A DNA stretch of 45,482 nucleotides, from the NCBI GenBank assembly GCA_934726435.1, contig CAKVDR010000001.1, forward strand, positions 1 to 45,482, written 5' to 3'. The position numbers and the translations under genes were made by a program. This document shows, piece by piece, positions 28,791 through 39,144 of this stretch (positions within the stretch are counted from its first letter, which is position 1; each line of letters begins with the position of its first letter). Source of the DNA: an uncultured Eubacteriales bacterium. Its GTDB lineage: Bacteria; Bacillota; Clostridia; Oscillospirales; Acutalibacteraceae. The notes beneath the pieces were generated by a model that searched no databases, was not told the DNA's origin, and saw only the letters and a list, made by a program, of their open reading frames with translations.

Positions 28791-28850
28791 GTTGAGAAAA
28801 TTTTGGCCGCAAAAAATATTAGATTTAGCATGAAATTTAATTCGTTTTTA

Positions 28851-30167
28851 TCAGCTATCTCTTATATTTTTTATTATGTCTTCAACCATAGCTTTTGTTT
28901 TTTGATCTTTTGCGAGATTTTTTTCAACTTGTTGGAGAGCATAAACGATTGTCGAGTGGTCTCTTCCGCCGAAATGATCGCCAATGGTAACCAGCGGGAG
29001 CTGAGTTATTTCTCTTACGATGTACATTGAAATTTGACGTGCGTTTGAGATTGAAGCTGATCTTTTTGAAGATTTGATATCTTGTGGGGAAACTCCGAGA
29101 GTTCTTGCAACTTCGTTTATTATTTTTTCGATAGTTATTGGAGGTGGTTGGTCGTTATTAAGTATATCTGAAATGGCCATTTGAGCTGTTTGAATGCCCA
29201 TTGGTTCGCCGCCGAGAAGGTGATGAGCTTTGATTTTTTTAACTGCTCCTTCGAGTTGACGAATGTTGGTTTTAAGTTTTTTAGCTATGTATTCACAAAC
29301 TTCGTTTGGAAGTCTTATTTGAAGAAGTTCTGCTTTGCGTTTAATTATCGCGATTCTTGTTTCGAAATCAGGCGGCTGAATGTCAGCTATTAAGCCCCAT
29401 TCAAAGCGTGTTCTAAGCCTATCTTCAAGAGTTTGAATTTCTTTCGGGGGCCTGTCCGATGTTAAAACTATTTGTTTTTTGGCTTCATAAAGCGAGTTGA
29501 AAGTGTGGAAAAACTCTTCCTGAGTGGAGTCTTTTCCTGCAATGAACTGGATATCATCGACCAAAAGAACATCTGCTTCTCTATATTTTTGATGAAATTC
29601 AGTCATAGAATTATTCCTGATTGAATCAATCAGTTGGTTGGTGAAGTCATCGCCCTTGATGTAAAGGCAGACTTTGTTAGAATTGGATTTTTTAACGTCA
29701 TTTGCAATTGCATAAAGAAGATGAGTTTTGCCAAGGCCTGAGTTTCCGTAAATAAAAAGTGGGTTGTAAGCTCCTGCTGGGTTTGCGGCAACTGCTAAGG
29801 CTGCAGCGTGAGCAAATTTGTTTGAAGAACCCACGATGTAAGTGTCGAAAGTGAATTCATATTCTGAGTCTATTGCTAGGTTTTGGTCGCTTTTTTTGTT
29901 TGCGTCTTTGAGCTCTTCGGGAATTGTGAAACAAACGTCTATTCCCGAACCGAAAATTTCTGAAAATGCGCTGCTAATCAGTCCGTGGTAGCATTTTGTT
30001 AGGGTTTGCCTGTGGAATTCGTTTGGTGCCATTAAAACCGCTTTGCCTTTTTCAAAGTCAAGTTCAACGGGTTCTATTCTATCAATCCATGTCTTATATG
30101 CGACGCCGGTTATTTTGGTTTTGCAGAACTCGCATATAAGGTCCCATGCTTCATTGAAAGAGTTCAT
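28851..30167 (-). CDS. dnaA: Chromosomal replication initiator protein DnaA
   Basis: The AAA+ domain carries GNSGLGKTHLL and LLVDDIQF. The C-terminal DNA-binding domain carries IGDHFGGRDHSTV-type sequence (IGDHFGGRDHSTIVYA). Confidence 0.97.
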   Translation of the reverse strand: MNSFNEAWDLICEFCKTKITGVAYKTWIDRIEPVELDFEKGKAVLMAPNEFHRQTLTKCYHGLISSAFSEIFGSGIDVCFTIPEELKDANKKSDQNLAIDSEYEFTFDTYIVGSSNKFAHAAALAVAANPAGAYNPLFIYGNSGLGKTHLLYAIANDVKKSNSNKVCLYIKGDDFTNQLIDSIRNNSMTEFHQKYREADVLLVDDIQFIAGKDSTQEEFFHTFNSLYEAKKQIVLTSDRPPKEIQTLEDRLRTRFEWGLIADIQPPDFETRIAIIKRKAELLQIRLPNEVCEYIAKKLKTNIRQLEGAVKKIKAHHLLGGEPMGIQTAQMAISDILNNDQPPPITIEKIINEVARTLGVSPQDIKSSKRSASISNARQISMYIVREITQLPLVTIGDHFGGRDHSTIVYALQQVEKNLAKDQKTKAMVEDIIKNIRDS

Positions 30168-30444
30168 AAAAAAACATATCCTCCGAACATTTTAAAATTT
30201 TTTATTAGAATTTTTGCCGCTAAGCAAAACTTCCGCCATTTTATGATAATATTAGTAATTATACCAGATTTTACGAAAGTTTTCAACATAGTATGTTTAA
30301 AGTTAAATTTACTCAAAAACTAGTTGACAGGAGGATTTTTAAGTTATATACTTATTTTTGACAACACAAAATTTTTATGCCTTTTTATGGTCATAAAATA
30401 CAAATTGTGAATAAAGAAAATAAACAATCCGGGAGGAAAAATCA
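30168..30444. promoter_or_regulatory. dnaA-rpmH divergent intergenic region (second putative oriC segment and promoters)
   Basis: The region is very AT-rich. I found one near-consensus DnaA box, TGTGAATAA at 30406-30414, and only weak additional boxes. Confidence 0.4.
30324..30352 (+). promoter_or_regulatory. Sigma-A promoter for rpmH
   Basis: TTGACA (30324-30329), a 17-nt spacer, then TATACT (30347-30352). Confidence 0.6.
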
Positions 30445-30579
30445 ATGAAAAGAACATATCAACCTAAGAAAATCCACAGAAAAAAAGAACACGGTTTCAG
30501 AAAAAGAATGTCAACACGCAACGGAATTAAAGTTCTTGCAAGAAGAAGAGCTAAGAGAAGAAAGAGACTTTCTTACTAA
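30445..30579 (+). CDS. rpmH: 50S ribosomal protein L34
   Basis: My own translation gives [44 protein letters not shown] (44 aa). GGGAGG RBS. It is absent from the ORF track because it is under 60 aa. Confidence 0.95.
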   Translation: MKRTYQPKKIHRKKEHGFRKRMSTRNGIKVLARRRAKRRKRLSY

Positions 30580-30603
30580 TTTTTCGCGCGGTTAGCGCAT
30601 CCT

Positions 30604-30627
30604 CGGGAGTTTTGCTCTCGTTTTTTT
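30604..30627 (+). terminator. Hairpin plus T-run between rpmH and rnpA (partial terminator or attenuator)
   Basis: CGGGAG, TTTTG, CTCTCG (one G-U pair), followed by TTTTTTT. Confidence 0.5.
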
Positions 30628-30677
30628 GAGGTTCAGAGGTTAAGCTTTTAGGTTTAATCTCAAAAAGGAAGCTTGCT

Positions 30678-31013
30678 ATGAAAAAAATGGTATCTCTAAA
30701 TAGAAATCAAGATTTTAGGCGGGTGTATTGCAAAGGAAAATATGCATCCTCGCCACTTCTTGTTACATACATTTTGAAGAATAAATGCGGTTTTAACCGT
30801 GTGGGAATAACAACGAGCAAAAAAATAGGCAATGCCGTCAAGAGAAATCGTGCGAGAAGAATTTTAAGGGCCTCTTTTTCCGGTTTAAACGAAAATTTAG
30901 CCGGGAATTTTGACATAGTTTTTGTTGCGAGAAAGGGTACACCTCTTGCTAAAAGCTATGATGCTTCGAAAGAAATGGCTCATCACCTTAAAAAGTTGGG
31001 TTTAATTAAATGA
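30678..31013 (+). CDS. rnpA: Ribonuclease P protein component
   Basis: 111-aa basic protein with the RNR-type motif ([17 protein letters not shown]). It sits in the conserved rpmH-rnpA context. Confidence 0.9.
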   Translation: MKKMVSLNRNQDFRRVYCKGKYASSPLLVTYILKNKCGFNRVGITTSKKIGNAVKRNRARRILRASFSGLNENLAGNFDIVFVARKGTPLAKSYDASKEMAHHLKKLGLIK

Positions 31014-31225
31014 AATTTTTGATGATGAGTTTAATACGTTTTTACATGAAATTTATATCTCCCCTCAAAAAGCCGTGCTGTAGGTTTGTTCCCACATGCT
31101 CGGAGTATGCGCTTGAAGCGATTGATCGTTTTGGTGCTTTTCGGGGAGGTTTTATGGCATTTTGCCGTATTTTAAGGTGTAACCCTTTTTGCAAAGGCGG
31201 TTACGACCCGGTTCCTCGGAAATAA
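31010..31225 (+). CDS. yidD: Membrane protein insertion efficiency factor YidD
   Basis: YidD hallmarks are present: [15 protein letters not shown] and the C-terminal GGYDPVP. The start overlaps the rnpA stop in an ATGA. Confidence 0.9.
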   Translation: MKFLMMSLIRFYMKFISPLKKPCCRFVPTCSEYALEAIDRFGAFRGGFMAFCRILRCNPFCKGGYDPVPRK

Positions 31226-31258
31226 AGTTTTAATTTTTGTTTTGAAGGAGAATTTATT

Positions 31259-32191
31259 TTGGGATTCATATTTGATTTATTTGGAAATATTTCCGGTTAT
31301 CTTTTGTGGTTTTTCTTTGATGCAGTCAGCAACTACGCAGTTGCGATAACTCTTTTTGCTTTAGTCATAAATCTGGTCATGCTTCCTTTTACTATTAAAA
31401 GGCAAAAAAATATGGCTCTTACTTCAAGAGTTAGTGCGAAGGATGCAGAACTTAGAAAAAAATATGAGAAAAACCCTAAGAAATACAATGAGGAAAGAGC
31501 TCTTCTTTATGAAAAAGAGGGCATTGACCCGATGGCGGGCTGTTTCACGACTATGATTCTTCCGCTTTTAATTTGGGGCGGAGTTTTCGGTGCAATTGCA
31601 AGGCCTCTTCATAACACACTTCATATTCCTCAAGAAAAGGTTACTTCGATTGTTTCTACTTTGAAAGAAGAGGAAAAAATTAAACCTCCTTATGAAGAGC
31701 TTCAAATCGTAAGACATTTTGAAAGCCTTAAAGGCTTCCTTGGTGAGAAACTTAGCAAAGAAGAGTTTGCTGATGTTGAAGAATACAGCACAGGATTTAA
31801 CTTCTGCGGAATTAATCTTCTTGGTAATCCAAGTGGTTCGAACTTCAAAGAAATGCTTTGGATTATTCCTTTGCTTTGCCTTGCCAGTTCTGCTGCGGGA
31901 ATATTCGTTTCTCAAAAAATTAGTGGGATGCAAAACCAAGCTCAAGGCTGCGCGAAGTTCATGCCATATGGTGCAGTGCTTTTCACGACATATGTTACTT
32001 ACACTATGCCTGCTGCGGTTGGATTTTATTGGTTTGTAAATGGTGTAATCGGCACGGTTATAAGTATAATAATAGGAAAATACTGGAATATAAATACAAT
32101 AAATGCTAAATCCGAAGCTGCCAGGATTTCAATGCTTGAAGCAAAAGAAGCTAAGGTCATTAGCGTTAAAGAAGAAAAAATAAATGTTTAA
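31259..32191 (+). CDS. yidC: YidC/Oxa1 family membrane protein insertase
   Basis: Multi-pass membrane protein carrying MLPFTIKRQKNM and a basic loop, in the conserved position after yidD. TTG start with a GAAGGAG RBS. Confidence 0.85.
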   Translation: MGFIFDLFGNISGYLLWFFFDAVSNYAVAITLFALVINLVMLPFTIKRQKNMALTSRVSAKDAELRKKYEKNPKKYNEERALLYEKEGIDPMAGCFTTMILPLLIWGGVFGAIARPLHNTLHIPQEKVTSIVSTLKEEEKIKPPYEELQIVRHFESLKGFLGEKLSKEEFADVEEYSTGFNFCGINLLGNPSGSNFKEMLWIIPLLCLASSAAGIFVSQKISGMQNQAQGCAKFMPYGAVLFTTYVTYTMPAAVGFYWFVNGVIGTVISIIIGKYWNINTINAKSEAARISMLEAKEAKVISVKEEKINV

Positions 32192-32236
32192 AAGAATTAG
32201 CCTTTTTTAGGGCTAATTTTAAAATGTGGAGGAATT

Positions 32237-33595
32237 ATGAGTACTATTGCCGCTATTTCAACAGCCAAAGGCGTTGGAGGAATAGGCGTTATAAGAATTT
32301 CGGGGGATGATGCGATAGAAATCGTGAGCAAGGTTTTTGTTCCGTTTAACAATTCCACCAAGGTTACTGATATGAAAGGCTACACTGCAAAGTACGGGAA
32401 AATCGTTAAAAATGGAGAAGTCATCGATGAAGCCGTTTTGCTGGTTTTCCGCGCTCCTTATAGCTACACAGGGGAAAATGTTGCCGAGATATCTTGCCAT
32501 GGTGGGCTTTTTGTTACAAGGGAGGTTTTAAGAGCGGTTTTGGACGAAGGCGCGATTCTTGCTGGCCCAGGCGAATTCACGAAAAGAGCATTTTTAAATG
32601 GTAAGGTTGACCTTTCTCAGGCGGAATCAGTTATGGATATAATTTCCGCTAGAAGTAGGCGTGCAAACAGAATTGCACAGAATCAAAGAGACGGCGTTTT
32701 GAGCAAAAAAATAAACTCTCTTAAAGAAAAACTCCTTGAAATTTCTGCTTCGCTTTCGGTTTGGGCGGACTTCCCTGAAGAAGATATCCCCGAAGTTGAT
32801 TCCAAAAACCTTGCAAACGATTTAAAAGAAGTTCAAAATGGAATATCAAATTTGATTAAAAACTACGACAAAGTTTTGACTGATGGCGTGAAAACAGTGA
32901 TAATTGGCAGACCGAATGTGGGCAAATCAACCCTTATGAACTTGATTTCGGGTTGTGAAAAATCAATTGTTACTGACATTGCCGGAACAACAAGAGATAT
33001 GGTTGAAGAAACCGTTATGGTTGGCGATATTCCTCTTTTGCTGGTTGACACTGCAGGAATCAGAGAAACTGACGATATTGTTGAAAAAATAGGTGTTGGA
33101 AGAGCTAAAAAATCAATTAATGACTCCGACCTGAATATACTGATCTTAGACGCTTCGCAGCCGCTGACGGCTGAAGATTTAGAAATAATGAAGCTTTGCG
33201 ACGCTTCTAAGACGATAGTAGTTCTCAACAAGATGGACCTTGGAATGAAAATAAGCCCGAGTGATCTTTCGGACTTTTCGGGCAAAATTGTTGAGATGTC
33301 GGCGCTTAATTATGAAGGCGAAGAGGAGTTTAGGGCAATGCTTCAAAAAGTCGTTGCGGTTTCTGAAGTTGAGCCTTCTGAGGCACTTATTTCTAATGAA
33401 CGCCAATTTACGGCTATGAAAAGGGCTCTCGAAATGGTAAGTAGTGCAGCCGAAGATTTAAAAAGTGGTATAACACTCGATGCTGTCACTGTGCTTATTC
33501 AAAATGCCGCTTCTGAGCTGATGAATCTCACTGGCGAGAATGTTAATATCGAAACCGTTAATAAGATTTTTTCTAAATTTTGCGTTGGAAAATAA
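32237..33595 (+). CDS. mnmE: tRNA modification GTPase MnmE
   Basis: TIAAISTA, GRPNVGKSTLMN, DTAGIRET and the C-terminal FCVGK. Confidence 0.95.
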   Translation: MSTIAAISTAKGVGGIGVIRISGDDAIEIVSKVFVPFNNSTKVTDMKGYTAKYGKIVKNGEVIDEAVLLVFRAPYSYTGENVAEISCHGGLFVTREVLRAVLDEGAILAGPGEFTKRAFLNGKVDLSQAESVMDIISARSRRANRIAQNQRDGVLSKKINSLKEKLLEISASLSVWADFPEEDIPEVDSKNLANDLKEVQNGISNLIKNYDKVLTDGVKTVIIGRPNVGKSTLMNLISGCEKSIVTDIAGTTRDMVEETVMVGDIPLLLVDTAGIRETDDIVEKIGVGRAKKSINDSDLNILILDASQPLTAEDLEIMKLCDASKTIVVLNKMDLGMKISPSDLSDFSGKIVEMSALNYEGEEEFRAMLQKVVAVSEVEPSEALISNERQFTAMKRALEMVSSAAEDLKSGITLDAVTVLIQNAASELMNLTGENVNIETVNKIFSKFCVGK

Positions 33596-33621
33596 TTGAA
33601 TTTAAAAGGGTGAGATTTCCA

Positions 33622-34215
33622 ATGATAACAGAATTTAAAAAATTCGCGAATAAATTAATGGTATTAGTTTTGGTTTTATTCTCATGTTTTGCTAACACTG
33701 TGCATGCCGCATCATATGTGACTAATCAAGATTTTAGCAAGGTAGTTAAAGGTGAAGTTTTTTTTAAAACCATGGCTAAAGATAGAGGAAAGTTTTATAT
33801 TTCATGTAACCTCTGCAGATATATAAATAATTCTGAGAATATAAGGTGCACTTTCGGAGAATTTTGGAGTATTGATGGAGTATTTAAAGTTTTCATTTTT
33901 AGTGGTGATCATCGCATGAATATAGCGCGGAATATTGCTTGGGATATGTTTAAAAAGAAAGCAAGTTATTTTATTGTCAATGAAAAACAAAGCATGATGG
34001 ACAGTGCGGATAATGTTGAAAGTTTGATTTTTTCTATCAAAAATAAAATTCTCCCGGTTTATAATGACTTACTTTTAAAACTGGGAAGGAAGCCGATTGA
34101 AAATTTAAATAAAGAAGAACTGGCTTATTTGTGCGATGAAACTTGCAGGATGTATTATTGCTATGTTTTGGATTTCAAAGCTTATGTTAATTATTGTTAC
34201 ATATTTAGAATTTAA
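33622..34215 (+). CDS. Cys-rich secreted protein of unknown function, inserted between mnmE and mnmG
   Basis: AGGGTGAG RBS before ATG 33622. The signal peptide is KLMVLVLVLFSCFANTVHA-AS. The region is visibly more AT-rich than its flanks. Confidence 0.6.
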   Translation: MITEFKKFANKLMVLVLVLFSCFANTVHAASYVTNQDFSKVVKGEVFFKTMAKDRGKFYISCNLCRYINNSENIRCTFGEFWSIDGVFKVFIFSGDHRMNIARNIAWDMFKKKASYFIVNEKQSMMDSADNVESLIFSIKNKILPVYNDLLLKLGRKPIENLNKEELAYLCDETCRMYYCYVLDFKAYVNYCYIFRI

Positions 34216-34246
34216 GATACAGAAGTTTAAAAAGAAGGGTGAAAAA

Positions 34247-36130
34247 TTGGAATATACAGAAGAATTTGAAGTTGCGGTCATCGGTGGTGGCCACGCAGGA
34301 ATAGAGGCTGGTCTTGCAAGCGCAAGGCTTGGATGCAAAACGGCGGTTTTTGCAATAAATTTGGATTCAGTTGGCAATTGCCCATGTAATCCATCCATCG
34401 GCGGAACGGCTAAAGGCCACCTCGTGAGAGAAATTGACGCTCTTGGCGGCGAAATGGGAAAAACAGCTGATGAGTGCATGCTTCAAAGCAGGATGCTTAA
34501 TTTAGGCAAAGGCCCGGCGGTTCATTCGCTTCGTGCGCAGATTGACAGGAATAGATACAAAGAAACCATGAAACATAAGCTTGAAATGCAAAAGAATTTG
34601 GTTTTGAAACAGGCTGAGATTGTTTCTATCGAAAAAGCAGGCGATAAATGGGCTTTAAAAACCAGGAATGAAATTTTATATTTGTGCAAAGCTGTGGTAA
34701 TTGCAACGGGAACATTCCTTAAGGGCAAGGTTTTCATCGGCGATGTTTCTTATGAAAGCGGCCCTGACGGAGTCTTCCCGGCGAGAACTCTTAGCAACAG
34801 TTTGCGTGAAATGGGCGTTAACCTTAAAAGATTCAAAACCGGAACGCCTGCAAGAGTTTTAAAATCGAGTATTAATTTCGAGGGTCTTGAAAAGCAGCCT
34901 GGAGATAGCAAAATAGTGCCATTTTCTTACAGAACTGAAGAAAATCTTGAAAATAAAGTTGACTGCTATATTTCTTGGACTAACGAAAAAACAAAAGAAG
35001 TTATTTTAAAAAATTTGCACAGAGCCCCGATGTACAGCGGAAAAATTGAAGGCGTTGGACCTCGTTATTGCCCAAGCATCGAAGATAAAATCGTGAGATT
35101 CTCTGAAAAAGAAAGGCATCAGCTTTTTATCGAACCTTGTGGCCTTGGAACGGAGGAAATGTACCTTCAAGGTATGTCAACTTCGCTTCCTGAAGAAGTT
35201 CAAATCGAGATGTACCGCACGATTAAAGGTCTTGAAAATGTTAAAATAATGCGTCCGGCTTATGCGATTGAATATGATATTGTCGACCCGACTGAACTTT
35301 ACAGCACGCTTGAATTCAAAAAACTGCCTGGTCTTTATGGTGCGGGCCAGTTCAACGGAAGCTCGGGCTATGAAGAGGCTGCGGCTCAAGGTTTGGTTGC
35401 GGGAATTAACGCTGCGCTTAAAATTAAAGGCGAGCCACCAATGATTCTCGACCGTGGAAGTTCATACATTGGAACTTTAGTCGATGACCTTGTAACGAAA
35501 GGTGTTAATGACCCTTACAGAATGATGACTTCACGCTCAGAATATAGGCTTGTTTTAAGGCAAGATAACGCTGATGAGCGCTTGACGCCGATTGGAAGAA
35601 AAATCGGGCTTATAAACGACAAGCAATGGGAAGACTTCCTTGAAAGGAAGCGCCTTAAAGAATCTGAAATTGAAAGAATCAAAACGGTTGTTATTTCTCC
35701 ATCTGAAAAATTAAGCGAAATAATGACTGCAAAAGGCACGGCACCCCTCATGACGGGAATTAAAATGATCGATCTTTTAAAACGCCCGCAAATAACCTAC
35801 GATGATTTAACTGAATTCGACCCTTCAAGGCCGGAAATTGACGAGAGCATTTTCGAAAAAGTTTCGGTTGAAATTAAATACGAAGGTTACATTAAAAGGC
35901 AACTTCGTCAAGTCAGCGAGATGAGAAGGCTGGAAAATAAGCTGCTTTCCCCCGAAACGGATTATAAATCAATAAGGGGTCTTAGGCTTGAGGCTATTGA
36001 GAAATTAAGCAAAATTAAGCCTCTTAATATTGGCCAAGCTTCCAGAATTTCCGGCGTTAGCCCGGCTGACATTTCGGTTATAATGATCTGGCTTTCAACA
36101 AATTCTTCGAAAGAGGTGGAAAATTCTTGA
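34247..36130 (+). CDS. mnmG: tRNA uridine 5-carboxymethylaminomethyl modification enzyme MnmG
   Basis: FEVAVIGGGHAGIEA is the FAD-binding motif. I chose the TTG start at 34247, which has an AGGGTGA RBS and gives 627 aa, a typical length. The track start at 34136 would overlap the upstream gene. Confidence 0.95.
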   Translation: MEYTEEFEVAVIGGGHAGIEAGLASARLGCKTAVFAINLDSVGNCPCNPSIGGTAKGHLVREIDALGGEMGKTADECMLQSRMLNLGKGPAVHSLRAQIDRNRYKETMKHKLEMQKNLVLKQAEIVSIEKAGDKWALKTRNEILYLCKAVVIATGTFLKGKVFIGDVSYESGPDGVFPARTLSNSLREMGVNLKRFKTGTPARVLKSSINFEGLEKQPGDSKIVPFSYRTEENLENKVDCYISWTNEKTKEVILKNLHRAPMYSGKIEGVGPRYCPSIEDKIVRFSEKERHQLFIEPCGLGTEEMYLQGMSTSLPEEVQIEMYRTIKGLENVKIMRPAYAIEYDIVDPTELYSTLEFKKLPGLYGAGQFNGSSGYEEAAAQGLVAGINAALKIKGEPPMILDRGSSYIGTLVDDLVTKGVNDPYRMMTSRSEYRLVLRQDNADERLTPIGRKIGLINDKQWEDFLERKRLKESEIERIKTVVISPSEKLSEIMTAKGTAPLMTGIKMIDLLKRPQITYDDLTEFDPSRPEIDESIFEKVSVEIKYEGYIKRQLRQVSEMRRLENKLLSPETDYKSIRGLRLEAIEKLSKIKPLNIGQASRISGVSPADISVIMIWLSTNSSKEVENS

Positions 36131-36831
36131 ATCTTTTAAAAACCGAAGCTGAAAAATTTGGTTTAAATTTGAGCGAGCGCCAACTCGAGCAGTTTGAAAT
36201 TTACAAAAATTACTTGCTTGAATATAACGCGCACACTAATTTGACATCAATCAAAGAGCCCGACGATATTGCAATAAAACACTTTTTAGACAGCATAATA
36301 ATTTGCAAATTCATGAAAATAAATGAAAACGCAAAAGTAATAGACGTTGGAACGGGCGCAGGATTTCCGGGAGTTCCTTTGAAAATTTTAAACCCTACAG
36401 TAAATCTCACGCTGGTTGACAGCCTTAACAAAAGGGTTACTTTTCTTAAAAATTTGGCTTCTAAAATTGAAATCAGCGCCGATATAATTCACGCCAGAGC
36501 TGAAGAACTCGCGCACAATGAAAATTACCGTGAAAAATACGATTTTGCGGTTTCAAGAGCGGTTGCGCCGCTTAATGTTTTGGCGGAATATTGCTTGGGT
36601 TACGTTAAAACAGGTGGATGTTTAATTGCTCTTAAGGGCCCTGAAATTTCTGAAGAAGTTAAGGCTGCAAACCGTGCGATTTCGCTTCTTGGCGGGGTTT
36701 TGGAAGCAGAGTTTCACTGCGAGCTTCCTTTAGAAAAAGGCAAAAGAAGTATTGTGGTCATTAAGAAGAAATCCGAAACGCCAAAAAAATACCCTAGAAA
36801 AAATTCTAAAATCTCTTCCGCTGCACTTTAA
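36127..36831 (+). CDS. rsmG: 16S rRNA (guanine527-N7)-methyltransferase RsmG
   Basis: IDVGTGAGFPGVPLKI is the SAM-binding motif. The context after mnmG is conserved. TTG start overlapping the mnmG stop. Confidence 0.92.
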   Translation: MNLLKTEAEKFGLNLSERQLEQFEIYKNYLLEYNAHTNLTSIKEPDDIAIKHFLDSIIICKFMKINENAKVIDVGTGAGFPGVPLKILNPTVNLTLVDSLNKRVTFLKNLASKIEISADIIHARAEELAHNENYREKYDFAVSRAVAPLNVLAEYCLGYVKTGGCLIALKGPEISEEVKAANRAISLLGGVLEAEFHCELPLEKGKRSIVVIKKKSETPKKYPRKNSKISSAAL

Positions 36832-36885
36832 ATTGTGTTAAAATCAGCTTGTTTTAATTTTGAAAATTAATTGGGAGTGATGATA

Positions 36886-38151
36886 ATGCTGGATATTAAG
36901 TTCATAAGAAGTAATCCCGACTTAGTAAAAAAAGCAATGAAAAACCGCAATGCTGACCTCGATAGCACGGTGGATGAAGTTATTGAAACAGACGCCGAGA
37001 GAAGAAATTTGATGGGTGAAATGGAAAGCGAAAAAGCCCGCCAAAACGACGTTAGCAAGAAAATTCCTCAAATGAAAAAAGAGGGCAAAGACACAACTGA
37101 AATAATGAAAGAAATGAAAACCCTTTCTGAAAAAATTTCTTCTTTGAGGGCTAAAATTTCTGAGCTTGAAGAAAAACAAAGGAAGATTTTGCTTTCTATC
37201 CCGAATGTTCCGCATGAATCTGTGCCTGTTGGGAAGGATGATTCAGAAAACGTTGAGGTTAGAAAATGGGGTCAGCCAAGGAATGATGAAGTCCTGCCGC
37301 ACTGGGAAATTGGCAAAAAACTTGGTATTTTAGACCCTGAAACCGCAGCGAAAATCACCGGTACGAGGTTTCATGTTTACAAAGGAATGGGCGCAAGGCT
37401 TGAACGCTCGGTTATAAATTTCTTTTTGAACACTCACACTTCAAAGGGTTACACCGAAATTTTGCCGCCGTTTATTGTTAATTCAGATTCAATGACGGGT
37501 ACGGGTCAACTTCCTAAGTTTAAAGAAGACGCTTTTAAGCTTGAAAACAGCGATTATTACCTCGTGCCCACGGCTGAAGTGCCTGTGACAAATATGCACA
37601 GAAATGAGATTCTTGACGGAACGAAACTGCCTATTAAATACTGCGCTTATACCGCTTGTTTTAGAGCTGAAGCCGGCTCTGCAGGAAGAGACACAAGAGG
37701 TCTTATTCGTCAGCATCAATTTAACAAAGTTGAGCTCGTTAAATTCGTTCGCCCGGAAAATTCTTATGACGAACTTGAAAAATTAACCGCTGATGCTGAA
37801 AACTTGCTGCAACTTTTGAAGATTCCTTACAGAGTAGTTTGCCTTTCGACGGGTGACTTAGGATTTTCTTCTGCTAAAACTTACGACATTGAAGTTTGGA
37901 TGCCTTCTTACGGAAGATATGTTGAGATTTCTTCGTGCTCAAATTTCGAAGATTATCAAGCAAGAAGACTTCAAGCAAGATTTAAAGACAGCCCCAAAGA
38001 TAAAGCTCAATTTGCACACACTTTAAATGGTTCAGGTCTTGCAGTTGGAAGAACCGTTGCGGCAATTCTTGAAAATTACCAAACAAATGAAGGCACAATT
38101 GAAATCCCAGAGGTTTTAAGGGAATATATGGGAACAGATATCATTAAATAA
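36886..38151 (+). CDS. serS: Serine--tRNA ligase
   Basis: [12 protein letters not shown], a coiled-coil arm, and class II motifs ([32 protein letters not shown]). I set the start at ATG 36886, which has a GGGAGTG RBS. Confidence 0.95.
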   Translation: MLDIKFIRSNPDLVKKAMKNRNADLDSTVDEVIETDAERRNLMGEMESEKARQNDVSKKIPQMKKEGKDTTEIMKEMKTLSEKISSLRAKISELEEKQRKILLSIPNVPHESVPVGKDDSENVEVRKWGQPRNDEVLPHWEIGKKLGILDPETAAKITGTRFHVYKGMGARLERSVINFFLNTHTSKGYTEILPPFIVNSDSMTGTGQLPKFKEDAFKLENSDYYLVPTAEVPVTNMHRNEILDGTKLPIKYCAYTACFRAEAGSAGRDTRGLIRQHQFNKVELVKFVRPENSYDELEKLTADAENLLQLLKIPYRVVCLSTGDLGFSSAKTYDIEVWMPSYGRYVEISSCSNFEDYQARRLQARFKDSPKDKAQFAHTLNGSGLAVGRTVAAILENYQTNEGTIEIPEVLREYMGTDIIK

Positions 38152-38167
38152 CATATTTATTTTAGAA

Positions 38168-38206
38168 GAGAGTGTAAAGAATTTATTTATACTCTCAAAT
38201 TTTTTC
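38168..38206 (+). terminator. Terminator after serS
   Basis: GAGAGT with ACTCTC form a hairpin enclosing an AT-rich loop. AAATTTTTT follows. Confidence 0.5.
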
Positions 38207-38301
38207 TACAAAATTGAATGATAGTTATAGATATGTTAAAATAAGAATACAATTATTATAATGAAATAAATTTAAAGATGAGAGAAGGATGGCATTTATT
38301 T

Positions 38302-39144
38302 ATGAAAAGTAATAAGATTCTTAAACTTGGCTCATTGACTTTATCGTCAATGATTTTTTCTGTTTCTGCATTGCACCCCGTTTATGCAAGCCGCGTCCAC
38401 ACTAAAAAAGCGATATTTTCCGATTCAACCCCTTTGGCTAAACGCCTGGAAGAAGAAAGACAGGCAATGAAACCCCATAAAGAAAAAGAAACAGCTATTA
38501 ATTTGGATGATATATTCAACTTGGATGTAAATTCAAAAAAAGCGTTGAGGGTAGATCTGATCGGTCCTGTGCCGATTAATAAGTTTGAAATTTGCGAAAA
38601 GATTGAAAATCTTGAAGAGGAAATTTATGGTAAAAATATATTTACATTAAGAGAGTCGAAATGTTATAGAGGCGTTTTTCACATTGAGTTATGTACGGGC
38701 GTTTCTTTTAAAGGTTTTAAGGAGTGTTCTAGGTTGAATTCCTTTAAAATTTGTGTTCGAAAATTTTATGATAAACAGTTTATGCCACTTAACGTGTTAG
38801 TTTATTATTATGTTATAGATCTTTTACAAAAAATTGATGATAAAATTAATGCTCCGAAATTTTACCGTGATAAATTATGGCGGGAATGTCAAATGGATAA
38901 CATTATAGACAGGCTTCAATCAAGGAGGGAAAGTCTGAGTGATTTAGTTCGCAGGAGTAAAAATACTTTGACTTTGCAATTTAATTGTGGTGTTGAAAGC
39001 GTGATTGAATTTCTCTTTAAGATAAGGGATTTTTGCGAGCGCTGGGCGTTTGAAAATGATGCACTGTTGGAGGAAAGTTGTTTAAAAGATATAGACACTG
39101 CCATAGCAATACTTTGGTATATTGATCAAAGTATAATAGCGTAA
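38302..39144 (+). CDS. Secreted protein of unknown function (first gene of the secreted-protein island)
   Basis: I place the start at MKSNKILKLGSLTLSSMIFSVSALHPVYA-S. It has an RBS and a signal peptide, and I recognise no domain. Confidence 0.6.
   Translation: MKSNKILKLGSLTLSSMIFSVSALHPVYASRVHTKKAIFSDSTPLAKRLEEERQAMKPHKEKETAINLDDIFNLDVNSKKALRVDLIGPVPINKFEICEKIENLEEEIYGKNIFTLRESKCYRGVFHIELCTGVSFKGFKECSRLNSFKICVRKFYDKQFMPLNVLVYYYVIDLLQKIDDKINAPKFYRDKLWRECQMDNIIDRLQSRRESLSDLVRRSKNTLTLQFNCGVESVIEFLFKIRDFCERWAFENDALLEESCLKDIDTAIAILWYIDQSIIA

Noticed and set aside
34136-34246. A long N-terminal extension of mnmG, from the track start at 34136.
   Set aside because: It would overlap the preceding secreted-protein gene by 80 nt and add a hydrophobic segment that MnmG proteins do not have. 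TTG 34247 has an RBS and gives the canonical MnmG N-terminus and length.
36832-36885. A T-box riboswitch might be expected upstream of serS, as is common in Firmicutes.
   Set aside because: The spacer is only 54 nt. There is no specifier stem or T-box motif (AGGGUGGNACCGCG-like), so the spacer is too short for a T-box leader.
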